The notes beneath the pieces are model-generated. The model searched no databases. It was not told the DNA's origin and worked only from the letters and a program-made list of their open reading frames with translations. Below, one piece after another: positions 19,221-29,934 of a stretch of 64,000 nucleotides of DNA (the first letter of the stretch is position 1; the number at the start of each line of letters is the position of its first letter). The position numbers and the translations under genes were made by a program. The stretch comes from Schmidtea polychroa (Eukaryota), in contig CM097887.1 of NCBI GenBank assembly GCA_044892525.1, forward strand, positions 8,308,001 through 8,372,000, in the 5' to 3' direction.

Positions 19221-19350
19221 CGTGGCGTTGAGATACTCCATGTCATGGTGTGAGGTGCCTTCGGGAGCTCAGCCGGTGGACATGGAGTATTTCAATCACG
19301 CAGCTAGATTGGGCCGAAATGTGAAGGCTTCTTCACGGGTCCAATTGCTG
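19221..19350 (+). ncRNA. Conserved structured RNA element (two adjacent hairpins) in the LTR
   Basis: 17-bp stem 19228-19244/19279-19295 with 5 compensatory pair changes versus the copy at 25740-25807; cUUCGg apical loop; second hairpin 19301-19350. The strand is assumed from LTR orientation and G-U pairs. Confidence 0.75.
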
Positions 19351-21209
19351 AAGGACTTAAAATCTGTCAGAGTACCGAAATATAGACCGAAAGGAAACCT
19401 TATGAAATTTTCGAAAATAGGATATGTGCTTCACAGCGACTGAGGGAGTTCTCCTATTAACTCTGTATTGTCCAGAGTCGTCTTATAAGACATTCATGCC
19501 ACTTCTGTCTATAAATCCGAACTTACCATGTGGGGGAAGATACCATTAAACATCCATCGCTGGTTTTTCTAACATATCGAGAAGTTGAAATTGCATTCGG
19601 TAGATTTTTGAAAAAGTAAATCTAATTTAGGTCATCTCTTTCAGATGCGACATCCAAATCTTAGCATATGATGAGGAATTTACAATAAAGGAAAAGTAAA
19701 ACATAAAACCACAATAATACTGTATTCAATCACATATATTAACAAAATCTGGTAATACCCATTGAATAATTTTCATGCTGTCGCGTCGAAATATCCACTA
19801 CTGAAATATGCTTCATAGAGTCTAGTTGGCTGGTTCGTAGAGATCTTCCATCGTTCAAAAGCATCCAATATTGAGGAAATTACGAGTCGTAGTAAATAAA
19901 TCCAACATCATAAGCTCAGATGGGAATCGACACGCGATGTAACATTTGCAGTTCGCTCAGTACGGTTGATAGTTACAGATAAAATTTCCATCGAATAGGC
20001 ACCCATACATACAGACATACTGCTAACATAACTATGAGTAGCGTCATCCGGTCAGAAATATGCATGAGAAACAGCAGAATCATTCCGAATGCCTCTCACC
20101 GCAGGGAATGCCGCCATGTGTCACCCTCTCTAAGATTCTTAGTGTGTGAGTAGTAATCAGTGGTCCTATTAGATAATGCTGACATGAGATGTGACTTCCA
20201 GATGACTGACTCTTAAATTTCACTACTGATAAAGGTCATTCGTACCACTAAAAAGATAAGCCAAAATAACCAGTAACCGACTACTAAGATAAGAGACTCT
20301 CTAAAGTGCACTCATTAAAGATAATTTTGCTTAAATTAAATATTCTAAATAAAAATCGAAATTGTTGAAGGGGTATTTTAATTAATAACCGAAAATTCAA
20401 ACCAAACTTTATAACTAAACCATAGGAAGTTTCACCTAAGTGTTGTAGAGGTTTATCGTAATTCTGATTAGATGTTACAAATAATAGTAGTAGCCTTTGA
20501 GCCAAATTTAAATTAACTAAAGCATCCACAGGAATTTTTGGGTTATAAAATAGCTAGTAATATTGTACTTAAATTTCTCATATTCCATGTAAACTACGTA
20601 TCGCAATAGAAAACTAAATCCGATAACAAATTATTATGTAATTACAATGTTTTTTTACGATGCCATATTTCTACGACGATATCACCGTATGGTATGGATA
20701 AGGGGTGATCATAAAATAGTGACGTATAGTTTATACGAAATTACGAGTTGTTACTTATTCCGCTACTCGAGGTAAGGGTGCAAGTTTTTACTAGTCGCAT
20801 TTGGTCCAAAAACCTTATTTTGCATTAGAATAACAACAAATAATCAGCGAAATTTAAACGAAGTGTAGTATAGTGTATTTGTAATGAAATAGGTTTATTC
20901 ACTCCGGCATGAACAAATCCGTAAATTGCCTTTATGTGCGATAGATAGAAATCCAACTCGAACGCGATAGACGAAAATTAAAATTTTTACAAATAATTTG
21001 CATTCGTCAGGGAAGCAATCAGGGCGTTGAGGAATAATTTTTGTAAAGGATACGTAAAATATTAGTAATCAAGGGTGAAGGGAAGGATCCTGTTTCATCG
21101 ACTCGTCTTGTTTTCTTCCAGCACTAAGTATCCAATAGCGAATAAACCGTATATCTGATCCGAAATTTTTAGATATAGTCACCATAGTTTTCTTCTTTAG
21201 CCATCCATT

Positions 21210-21962
21210 ATGTTATCAAACAACAAATCAGCTTTACGTCCCTGCTTCTCCTGCTCAGATAAAAATGCAGTGATTAAAGATCTTCAAGCCCAGATCGGTC
21301 GATATAAACGAAAAATCGACGAGCTGGAAGGGACATGGTTTAGTCCCGCTCGGATGAAGGAGATCCAAAAGAAGCTCGATCGTAGCGAGCATTGCCGGGA
21401 CGCGCTAATATCTGAGAGCCGTGCCCAAAGAAGTCTAATCAGAGAACAATCCGAGGCACTGCATAAGGTTTACGTGCAGGCGGCTACAACCCGAAAGATC
21501 GTGCAGATTCCCATCCGAGAGGCCGATGACATCTTTCCGCCTCATCACAACCTTTCCTCGAATCCATCTCCACCGTTCAAGAGACCGTGCCGAGACTGCG
21601 TCGAAACCGAATGGTCCCCCAAGCGTCCAGATGTTGTCATCACGGGTACCAGTAAGCCCCCCACTGCTAGTCCATCTGTATCAGTCACCCTTCTACAAGT
21701 GGCATCTTCAAACAAACCCAAGCGCAAACAACTCTCTCGAGCAGAGCGCAAGAAGAGACAGCGCGAGCGCGCCACTGCAAAGCCAAACATCCCATCAACA
21801 GAGGACTCAACCAACGGTGGTAACTCTCACGTGTCCATCGACCTAACAACGGGACCCTCAGCGCGAATCATATCAGCCGCTGGCGTAAGGTGGGAAGAGA
21901 ACGCTTCCGAGTTTTTCAACCTCGACGAATTATTCGCCGACACTGAATGGGAGAAACAATAA
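21210..21962 (+). CDS. LTR-encoded 250-aa protein (CxxC, coiled coil, Arg/Lys-rich motif, acidic C-terminus)
   Basis: Intact in both LTR copies, ~84% aa identity by manual count with many synonymous changes; polypyrimidine splice acceptor TTTTCTTCTTTAG just upstream; AATAAA at 22086. Confidence 0.85.
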   Translation: MLSNNKSALRPCFSCSDKNAVIKDLQAQIGRYKRKIDELEGTWFSPARMKEIQKKLDRSEHCRDALISESRAQRSLIREQSEALHKVYVQAATTRKIVQIPIREADDIFPPHHNLSSNPSPPFKRPCRDCVETEWSPKRPDVVITGTSKPPTASPSVSVTLLQVASSNKPKRKQLSRAERKKRQRERATAKPNIPSTEDSTNGGNSHVSIDLTTGPSARIISAAGVRWEENASEFFNLDELFADTEWEKQ

Positions 21963-22085
21963 AACCCCAGTGGCGGTCAGGATGAGGAACAAGGATCCGA
22001 TCTATGTTGATTATGATGTTTTCTCTTCTTTCGACAAACATTAGTAAAGTGTACAGCTGAATCCTGGTGTCATAACGTTGAAATT

Positions 22086-22091
22086 AATAAA
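22086..22091 (+). terminator. Polyadenylation signal of the LTR transcription unit
   Basis: AATAAA followed by a TTGTTGTCTT GU-rich element, conserved in the solo LTR (~28351). Confidence 0.6.
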
Positions 22092-22226
22092 TCTTGTTGT
22101 CTTACACGTTTTCGTTCATGAATAATTAGACTTTAATTAAGTGGGTTGAGTAGAGAACCCGCAAGATCTAGTGAGAATTTCCCAATTTGCATTCAGCGAA
22201 TTCCTGATAGGTGGTTGTGTAAGGAA

Positions 22227-22410
22227 ATGGACGTAAGCCCTTCTATCGGCAGTCGTGAATGGGAAGTCGAGGCCTCAGCAAGGAGTAGTTTTAAGGCAGA
22301 AGCTCACCTGCTTGCTGGCGTCTCGCCTGCATAGTGCAGTACCAACGTGAAGTGATTCACGGGCACTATGTTGGAAGAAAGTTATGTGGGGTTTCACTCC
22401 AGGTTGACAA
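22227..22410 (+). ncRNA. Near-invariant structured block near the LTR 3' end (U5-like region)
   Basis: 184 nt with 2 differences versus 28491-28674; helices CATAGTGC/GCACTATG, CGTGAA/TTCACG capped by GNRA (GTGA vs GTAA), CAGCAAG/CTTGCTG. Confidence 0.5.
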
Positions 22411-22812
22411 ATCGGTGGCACCTTTTATTCGAGATGGACAATCAACCCTTAGACCCGCCAACATGGTAGAATGGTCAGCCGAGGTGTGACCCCAACATCA
22501 ACAACAATAACGAATTCCAAACAATATAACTTTATTGAATAACGATTGTAATGACACAAATTACTCAATGCAACTCAAACGTATTCGGGTGCTTATTAAA
22601 ACCCTTTGGAAGGAACTTTGGGAACACTTTAATTATACGACCACTCAAGATGACATTGAAAAATTACAAACAAACGAGAGTTTACATTACGTAACTAAAT
22701 GTAAAACGATTGTAGAAACTATTGTAAATAAATTCGGTCAAAATACACATGTCAATTTTAAGAATGATTTTAAAATACCATTTTTTAATGTTATGGATTA
22801 GATGTTTTTATT

Positions 22813-23140
22813 TGAGAATCTAGTATTGGCATAAAAAAACTTCGCATTAGCTCATTTCAAAGGCACCTGTAAATATAAAGCATTTGCAGATGCTTAATCG
22901 GAAAACATTTGATATCGAAAAATGTGACGACATTGTGATTGATGACTTATATTTTAATAAGTAACGCATTGAAGAATTTTTATCTCTTATCGATTGTGGC
23001 TTTGAAAATGCCATAAACATTAAGTATAGTGTTGCTATCATTCCAAAGGGATTGCCAAGGTTATTTTGCATCAATGAAATTGATTTATTTTTGCCAGAGA
23101 ACGCATCTCAGAGTATTATGGATGCTTACAGAAGGAGAAG
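22813..23140 (+). pseudogene. Degenerate SF3 helicase resembling the C-terminal half of a CRESS-DNA virus Rep
   Basis: With frameshifts: (G>stop)ESSIG(K) Walker A 22813-22840, IVIDD Walker B 22932-22946, KY...IPKGLPRLFCIN motif C ~23061-23075, DAYRRR Arg finger 23121-23138; in-frame TAA at 22962. Confidence 0.65.
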
Positions 23141-24687
23141 AAAAGGCAATCTTTTTAAAACTTACAAATCTGACCAAATATTATTATTATTATTCAGACT
23201 ATGAACTACCCGTATTTTCCAATAAAATTTGTTTGAGTTATCCTTTAATTTTTCAAAATACTTTTAATTGGTAAGAAACAAAATATATAGCTCAAGCAAA
23301 TTACTCAATGAGAAAAATTACAGCAAAATTAGGATAAGCTAACTTAAACTGGTATTTATAATTAAATACAAAAGAATATTACCATGACTTAGTAATTTTA
23401 TCTAATACTTAAATGTTATTATATAAAAAATAAATTAAAATTTTACAATAAGAATGTTTAATATTTATAATTCATTATATGACATAAAATGAAATTGTAA
23501 AATAAACTTACCCATTTTGCAATTAAATAAATTCATTTATATGTTTCACATATTACTCAATACTGAGGAAAAAATATAAAGAATACTTGCTTTTAATTAC
23601 ACGAAAAATGATTTATTGTGCAATTTAATTATTTCCAAAAAAGTCATTTTTACATAATTTACAATAGTTAAACAAAGGCAAAAGAAATTATTTATTTGAA
23701 GGATTTTAAGAAATCACATTTTTCCAAATTCCTAATATTTTCAACAGTTATTTGATTTTAATTGTTCAAATGTTCAATATTTAGCAGGTTTTATAAAAAT
23801 TATCTTCAATAATATTAATTCATTCATTTTATATTAATGTAATGGTTGTGTTATTTAAATGTTACAAAGTTTCTTATAAATATGGCATTAACTTTTCCCT
23901 AATCGCCATAAAGATTATTTTACCTTTCAGCATCCGTGTACCATGGTGCTTCTATTGATTATATCTTCAACTGGAATTCCCAGACATTTGAAAAATTTTC
24001 CACGATATTTCATGAAATGCATATCTTTATGAGTTTTTGTGAAATTCATTAAATTCTTAGATTTGAGTTCACTAAATTAAACTTGTCCATTGAGACTCAA
24101 ACCAATTAGTCAACTGCTTCTCACTTTTTTTCAGTGAATTCCAATTGATAATTTCTCCGTTCAACGAGTCAATGATTTAATCACTAAAAATGTTTTATAT
24201 CAGACTTCTTCGATTTTATCTTCACTAAAGTTTCTGCTATATTTATAAAGTTTATAAATATAATAGTTAATTTTTTAAATGATATAACAGTAAAAATTGC
24301 GTAACGATTAGAATAATTTACGAATTTTTTATAAATATTTATTTAATATTCTGTAACAACAACAATAGTCACTGGCCGTCAAAACCACTCAATTACAAGG
24401 TACGTTTATTGATTTTTCTATTGCTTAGATACGAGAATGGCTATTCTTCAAATGGTCTCGCAATAAGCTCTGTATGATTAATTGGTTTAGAGTTAATTGG
24501 TTGAAATCGCAACTTGTACGATCTATTGTGAATATTAATAAAGCTTCTCTTGTTCGGGATTGTTAATTTGTGAATTAATAAACACGCTTTGGAGTGAGAG
24601 TAAAAAAATTGAATTTACAAATATTTTCACCTATCCAATAACTCAACACACAGTAAATATTGGAAGCAGCTAACCAAGTCGAGAGGG

Positions 24688-24824
24688 ATGAATCAAAGGT
24701 CCAAAGATATCGAAGAATCGAAGTGTCAATGTCCTGTCCAATACATGTGCGCAATTAAAAAGCAAGGGTTCGATCCAATCGAGAAGTCGCAAGTCAAGGA
24801 TCATGGGATCAATTATGATCCCAA
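24688..24824 (+). pseudogene. Probable decayed LINE RT C-terminal fragment, split by the solo LTR (continues 28766-~28840)
   Basis: Removing the LTR and one TSD restores the frame VKDHGINYDPKITILEHAQKLIK, resembling the non-LTR motif VKDLGIxxDxKLxFxxH. Confidence 0.45.
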
Positions 24825-25732
24825 TGTTGGGCTGAGTCGAAAATTTAATCGTTGTAAAAATAAGAAAGTAGGAAAGTAGAACATTAAGGAAAATAAAAAT
24901 AAAATAAAGGAAATCAGAGATAAAATAGAATAAGATATAAGGAAAATAATAATTAAGACATAAGAATTAAAACAAAAAATAAAATTAAGAAAAGATTAAA
25001 ATAGAACAACAAGTTGACAAATAAATAAGGAGGAATTCAAGAAATAATAAGGAAATTAAGGAAATAAATAGAAAAACATATTAAAAATAAAGAAAATAAG
25101 GAGAAAACAACCTAAAAACAAGAAAATTATATTAAATTAATAGAAATAAGCGGTACTCAACTCTGATTGGTCCGCACAAATAAGAATTTGCTATATATAC
25201 AACCACCAAAATCATTAAATTTACTGTTAACCCCGAGCATTTTATAGGTAAGAGAGAATGTTTAAAGTTAACTGTTAACCCCGAGCATTTTATAGTAAAG
25301 ACATCCACAACTTACGGAGACACATTCAAGAATCAGAGACACTAACCGAGCAACAGTTCATTCAGAGAATTCCTAGCTACTTACAATCAATTCGAAGCTA
25401 AGAGATTTGTCACAGCAATCGATATTCCATCAACAAACTCAGTCAGAGCGACTAACATTAATTTTTCGATCCAGCCTAATTCGACAGTAAGGGATTTTAT
25501 TTCATTTATTTATTTAATTTCGAAGTTAACCGTACTATGTATCTTTAATGAATAATTAAAAATTTTTGAAAAATAACATTGACTCTCTTTTCATTTGATC
25601 CCAATAAATGATTTCGATAAAGTAAATAATTTAAAAGTCTAAAAGTAGTTATTAGTAATAAATGAGCGATTGCACAATCTTTATGATTACTGTTATGAAA
25701 TACCTTTTTATGATTTTTAAAGTAACGAGTAA

Positions 25733-25862
25733 CGTGGAGTTGAGGAACCGCAGATCATGGTGTGAGGTGCCTTCGGGAGCTCAGTCGGTGGATCTGAGGT
25801 TCTTCAATCACGCAGCTAGATTGGGCCGAAATGTGAAGGCTTCTTCACGGGTCCAATCGCTG
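25733..25862 (+). ncRNA. Second copy of the covarying double-hairpin RNA element
   Basis: Stem TTGAGGAACCGCAGATC/GATCTGAGGTTCTTCAA; apical part and second hairpin nearly identical to 19221-19350. Confidence 0.75.
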
Positions 25863-27473
25863 AAGGATTGACGCAAAATTAGACAAAATGAGAAAAACGA
25901 TTTAGATTAGTGACATGAATTTAGAACGAATACCGAAATGTACAGTGATTGAGGTGGACGTTACATCTGCAGTGAGTTTATTTCCATCCTGAGGAACCAT
26001 GCGATCCTGAGACTAACTCTTCGCTAGCATCGTCGTAATCAGTCCAATTTGACTCTAACATCGTACTAAATTCCACACTTATGTTCGGTTAATTAAAAAT
26101 TAGGACGAATTCTATATTTCTTCATTTTTCAGTTAAAAATAAATAAAGCTCTAATGTATAAATAACATTTATTAAAATTAAAGTAAAAACATAACTCCTG
26201 GTAATCATTTTATTTAACTTATACTTACTAGTAAACTAGAAATACCCGTTCAGCAGTTTCCACACCATCACATCAGGATGTCTATCATCGAAATAATATC
26301 CACCTAGAGTAGGGAGTTGAATTGTAGAACTTTTTCATCAAGTAATATCTAGAATTGAGGAAAATCTCCAAACATAGTAAATAATTCCAAAAAATCCAAG
26401 CGAGAGAATTGTCATGAAAATTGAACGGTTGAGAATTTGTCCATATGATGTGCGAGTGCAGATAAATTTTCCATTGAGTAGGCACACTAGCATGACTATG
26501 GGTAGCAACACCAGCGTTAGAATTACCTGAGAAATACACACGAGGATAGATGATAATCACGCAGCGAGTGCATGGCTAATCATAGTAATCCGTGTTCCAT
26601 ATGTCGTATCTAGCATAGATTCTAGCATTACGACTGATAACGGCGGGATATTGATTAACCGTCATAGTAGCTCCATGAATAGCAGATGATGGCTCTCATA
26701 GATTTTGTGTTGAAATGCGATTAACGAAAGATAACTACGTGCAGTAACATTTCACAAACCACTCATCTGGAAAATTTTCGAATGAATTAAATTTAACTGA
26801 TAATAGAATGACTAAATGGATAATTATAGACAATTATAATTTGAATTAAATAATTTAAAGGATAACCGAATGACCAAGTGCGTAATGGTAGACCAGTATG
26901 AGTTAAACTAAATAATTTAAACGGTAACGGGCATTGTTAAATTAAGTGGGGATAATTGGGACCTGCTAACTAATGATGGAAAACTAAAGCCAAGCATTAA
27001 TGATAGAGTCGGAAATTGTCAATTCGAGTGTTACGAGTGATCTAACGAACAACTAATAGTAATTTTGAATAATAGGTAAATTAATTCGAGTTCGTGAATA
27101 ATAACATTTTGAATAACCATGGTAAATATTTTAAATGATAATTAAGAGTGTTTTAAAAGCTACTCAAATGTACCATTTAACAATCAGATATGTTTATAGA
27201 CCAACAATCATAGGGCAATTTAGTAATTAATAAACCTTCTCAATTTCTAAGTTAAAGATCTATTTGCATTCGTCAATGCTATCCCTTTAATGAACTCTTC
27301 GTTAAATAAAAGCGATGTTACAAAATCGTCTAGAAGGGAAATACATTCCCCTACTTGTTCCGAATACCCGCTAACTGCTGACAGTGACTAACCAACCTCA
27401 TTCGACCTGCGATCTTATTCATATAAAAGATTTACTAAGTCGTTATAGTTCCTTATTTTACAGTTGATCAATT

Positions 27474-28223
27474 ATGCTGCCAACTACGAAATCCACCTTA
27501 CGTCCTTGCTTCTCTTGCGCGGACAAAAACGCGATTATAAAGGATCTTCAGGCCCAGATCGGGCGCTACAAAAAGAAGATAGATGAGCTGGAGGGCACTT
27601 GGTTTACCCCCGCTCAGATGAAGGAGACTCAAAAGAAGCTCCATCGTAGTGAGCATTGTCGGGACGCGCTCATCTCTGAAAGCCGTGCCCAGAGAAGCCT
27701 TATTAAAGAACAGTCAGAAGCGCTGCACAAAGTCTACGTGCAGGCAGCTACCACACAAAAAATCGTACAGATTCCCATCAAAGAGGCCGATAACATCTTC
27801 CCGCCTCATCATAACCCCTCATCAAATCCATCTCCACCGTTCAAGAGACCATGTCGAGACTGCGTGGAAACCGAACTGTCACCTATGCGACCGGACGTTG
27901 TCATCACAGGTACTAGTAAGACCTCAACTACTAGTACCTCTGTATCCGCTGCGCTTCAGCAAGTCGCATCTACGAGCAAACCCAAGCGCAAACAATTATC
28001 TCGTGCGGAACGTAAGAAGAGACAGCGTGAGCGCGCATCCACAAAGCCAAACATCCCATCGATAGAAAACTCAACCAGTGGTAGTAGTTCGCGCGTGTCC
28101 ATCGACTTGACAGTAGGACCCCCAGCGCGCATCATCTCAGCAGCTGGCGTGACATGGGAGGAGAACGCCTCCGAATTCTTTAATCTGGATGAGTTACTCG
28201 CCGACACCGAATGGGGAAAGTAA
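27474..28223 (+). CDS. LTR-encoded 249-aa protein, second copy
   Basis: Colinear with 21210-21962 without internal indels; acceptor TTATTTTACAG ends at 27463. Confidence 0.85.
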   Translation: MLPTTKSTLRPCFSCADKNAIIKDLQAQIGRYKKKIDELEGTWFTPAQMKETQKKLHRSEHCRDALISESRAQRSLIKEQSEALHKVYVQAATTQKIVQIPIKEADNIFPPHHNPSSNPSPPFKRPCRDCVETELSPMRPDVVITGTSKTSTTSTSVSAALQQVASTSKPKRKQLSRAERKKRQRERASTKPNIPSIENSTSGSSSRVSIDLTVGPPARIISAAGVTWEENASEFFNLDELLADTEWGK

Positions 28224-28490
28224 GAGAACCACAACGGCATTCCCGAAGCCTGTTGCGAAGTCGAACTACATTTGTTGGGGAGTTTTTCTTTTCCTTCGAC
28301 AAACGTTCGTGATGTGTACAGTTGAATCCTTGTGTCTAAATGTTGAAATTAATAAATTTTGTTGTCTTATATATTTTCGTTTATGAATAGCCAGACTTTG
28401 ATTAAATAGGTTAAATAAAGCGTCTTCGAGACCTAAGGAATAATCCCCGATTTGCTTTCGCGAAATTCTGACTAACGGTGGTGTAATGAG

Positions 28491-28674
28491 ATGGACGTAA
28501 GCCCTTCTATCGGCAGTCGTGAATGGGAAGTCGAGGCCTCAGCAAGGAGTAGTTTTAAGGCAGAAGCTCACCTGCTTGCTGGCGTCTCGCCTGCATAGTG
28601 CAGTACCAACGTGAAGTAATTCACGGGCACTATGTTGGAGGAAAGTTATGTGGGGTTTCACTCCAGGTTGACAA
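28491..28674 (+). ncRNA. Second copy of the near-invariant U5-like structured block
   Basis: 182/184 identical to 22227-22410. Confidence 0.5.
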
Positions 28675-29934
28675 GGCGGTAGCACATTTTATTCGAGATG
28701 GACAATCAACCCTTAGACCAGCCAATATTGTAGAGTAGTCAGCCGAGGTGTAACCCCAACACCAAAATCACGATCTTAGAACATGCACAGAAACTCATCA
28801 AAATTGTTACAGAGATCCACACGGATGCAAGAGTCAGGTGAATACCAATCTATACGGAGATCCAGCTATTTCTGGCAATTGCATCGATAATATCAAAAAT
28901 TCTAGGTATTGGCTCAAATAACAAAAAGCCTTGCAAACCAAGGTCAGGAAATTTTAGCGAAAGAGATTTCAAGAATTGAATATGAGTCGGAGATCTCAGT
29001 AGAAAAAATGAGAAATCTTTTTTTTCAATGTGCTTTATTTTATTGATTGCATTCATTTGTAAAGTGGCTATTTAATATTATCCTTATTGTTTGACTTTAG
29101 TTTTTCGAAAATTTATTTCAGTTGCATTCAAGTTAATAGTAAATAAATGTAAAATCAAACAAAATGTCAAATCAGTTTTTCATAATATTGGAACCATTTT
29201 AAACCTAAAAGAACATGAGTTGATTATAAATTATTAGCGACTCTATAAAATTTATATCTGTGTAATATAAATGACTCTGACATAATATATTAGTGTAATC
29301 GCGAGTGATTCGAATGAAAGCATTTATCATAAAATCTCGTATTTCTAGAAATCTATAAAACTTGTATTTCGTGAAAGTTTTTAATATAGAAGTCCCAGGT
29401 AGATAGCACCAATTAAGTGATAAAGTAAAATAAATCGCAGAACCAAAGACGCTTGCGACGGGCGTTTAATGACTGATTATGATTATTATGTGTGGTTGCT
29501 ATTCGAACGTGAAATTAATGAAAGTGTTGATCAGATAAGCAATTAGAAGTGAAAGATTCTCCACACATGTAACCACCACATGTAACCTTTTCTTACTTCC
29601 TGTCTTAATTACTTTGATTCAATTGATGTATTATCGTGAATTTGATTTGGCCCATTTACACAATGTTAAAATCCCCTGTGTTTCAACATAACATTATACT
29701 AAATTATTTTTAGTTTTCTAATTGTACAAATCTATTCAATTTCATAAATCGTGATCTTAAGTATTTTTTAACTTATATTTAAAAAAATAAAATCTCTAAA
29801 AAATTAACTTATTTCTATTATTTCACTATTTTTAAAAAAAAAATTTAAAATTCAATTTGTTTTAAGAATAATTAAGAATTTGTTTTAATAATAATTTTAA
29901 TAATTTCTTTAGATTTAAATTTTTACAAAGAGTT

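Larger units (their letters stand above)
1..22497 (+). mobile_element. Giant Ty3/gypsy (Metaviridae-like) LTR retroelement with env and accessory genes; 5' part lies outside the window
   Basis: Domain order PR-RT-RH-IN in one ORF. Co-oriented intronless ORFs with the same A-rich sense-strand bias continue to 18107, followed by an LTR-like unit 18333-22497. That this unit is the cognate 3' LTR is inferred from adjacency and from the lack of its own TSD (gatt vs tcaa). Confidence 0.9.
18333..22497 (+). repeat. LTR (~4165 bp), presumed 3' LTR of the giant element
   Basis: Terminal inverted heptamers TGTTGGG...CCCAACA; homologous end-to-end with 24825-28761. Confidence 0.88.
24825..28761 (+). 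mobile_element. Solo LTR (~3937 bp) of a related subfamily with 4-bp TSD CCAA
   Basis: TGTTGGG...CCCAACA termini; CCAA at 24821-24824 and 28762-28765. Confidence 0.92.

Noticed and set aside
22229-22270. GTAAGCCC segment as a twister ribozyme
   Set aside because: Lacks the GUCC(Y)AAGC loop and pseudoknot partners.
18333-28761. The two LTR copies as 5' and 3' LTRs of one small element
   Set aside because: Outer flanks do not match (gatt vs ccaa), the second copy has its own CCAA TSD, the copies are too diverged, and the interval has no gag/pol.
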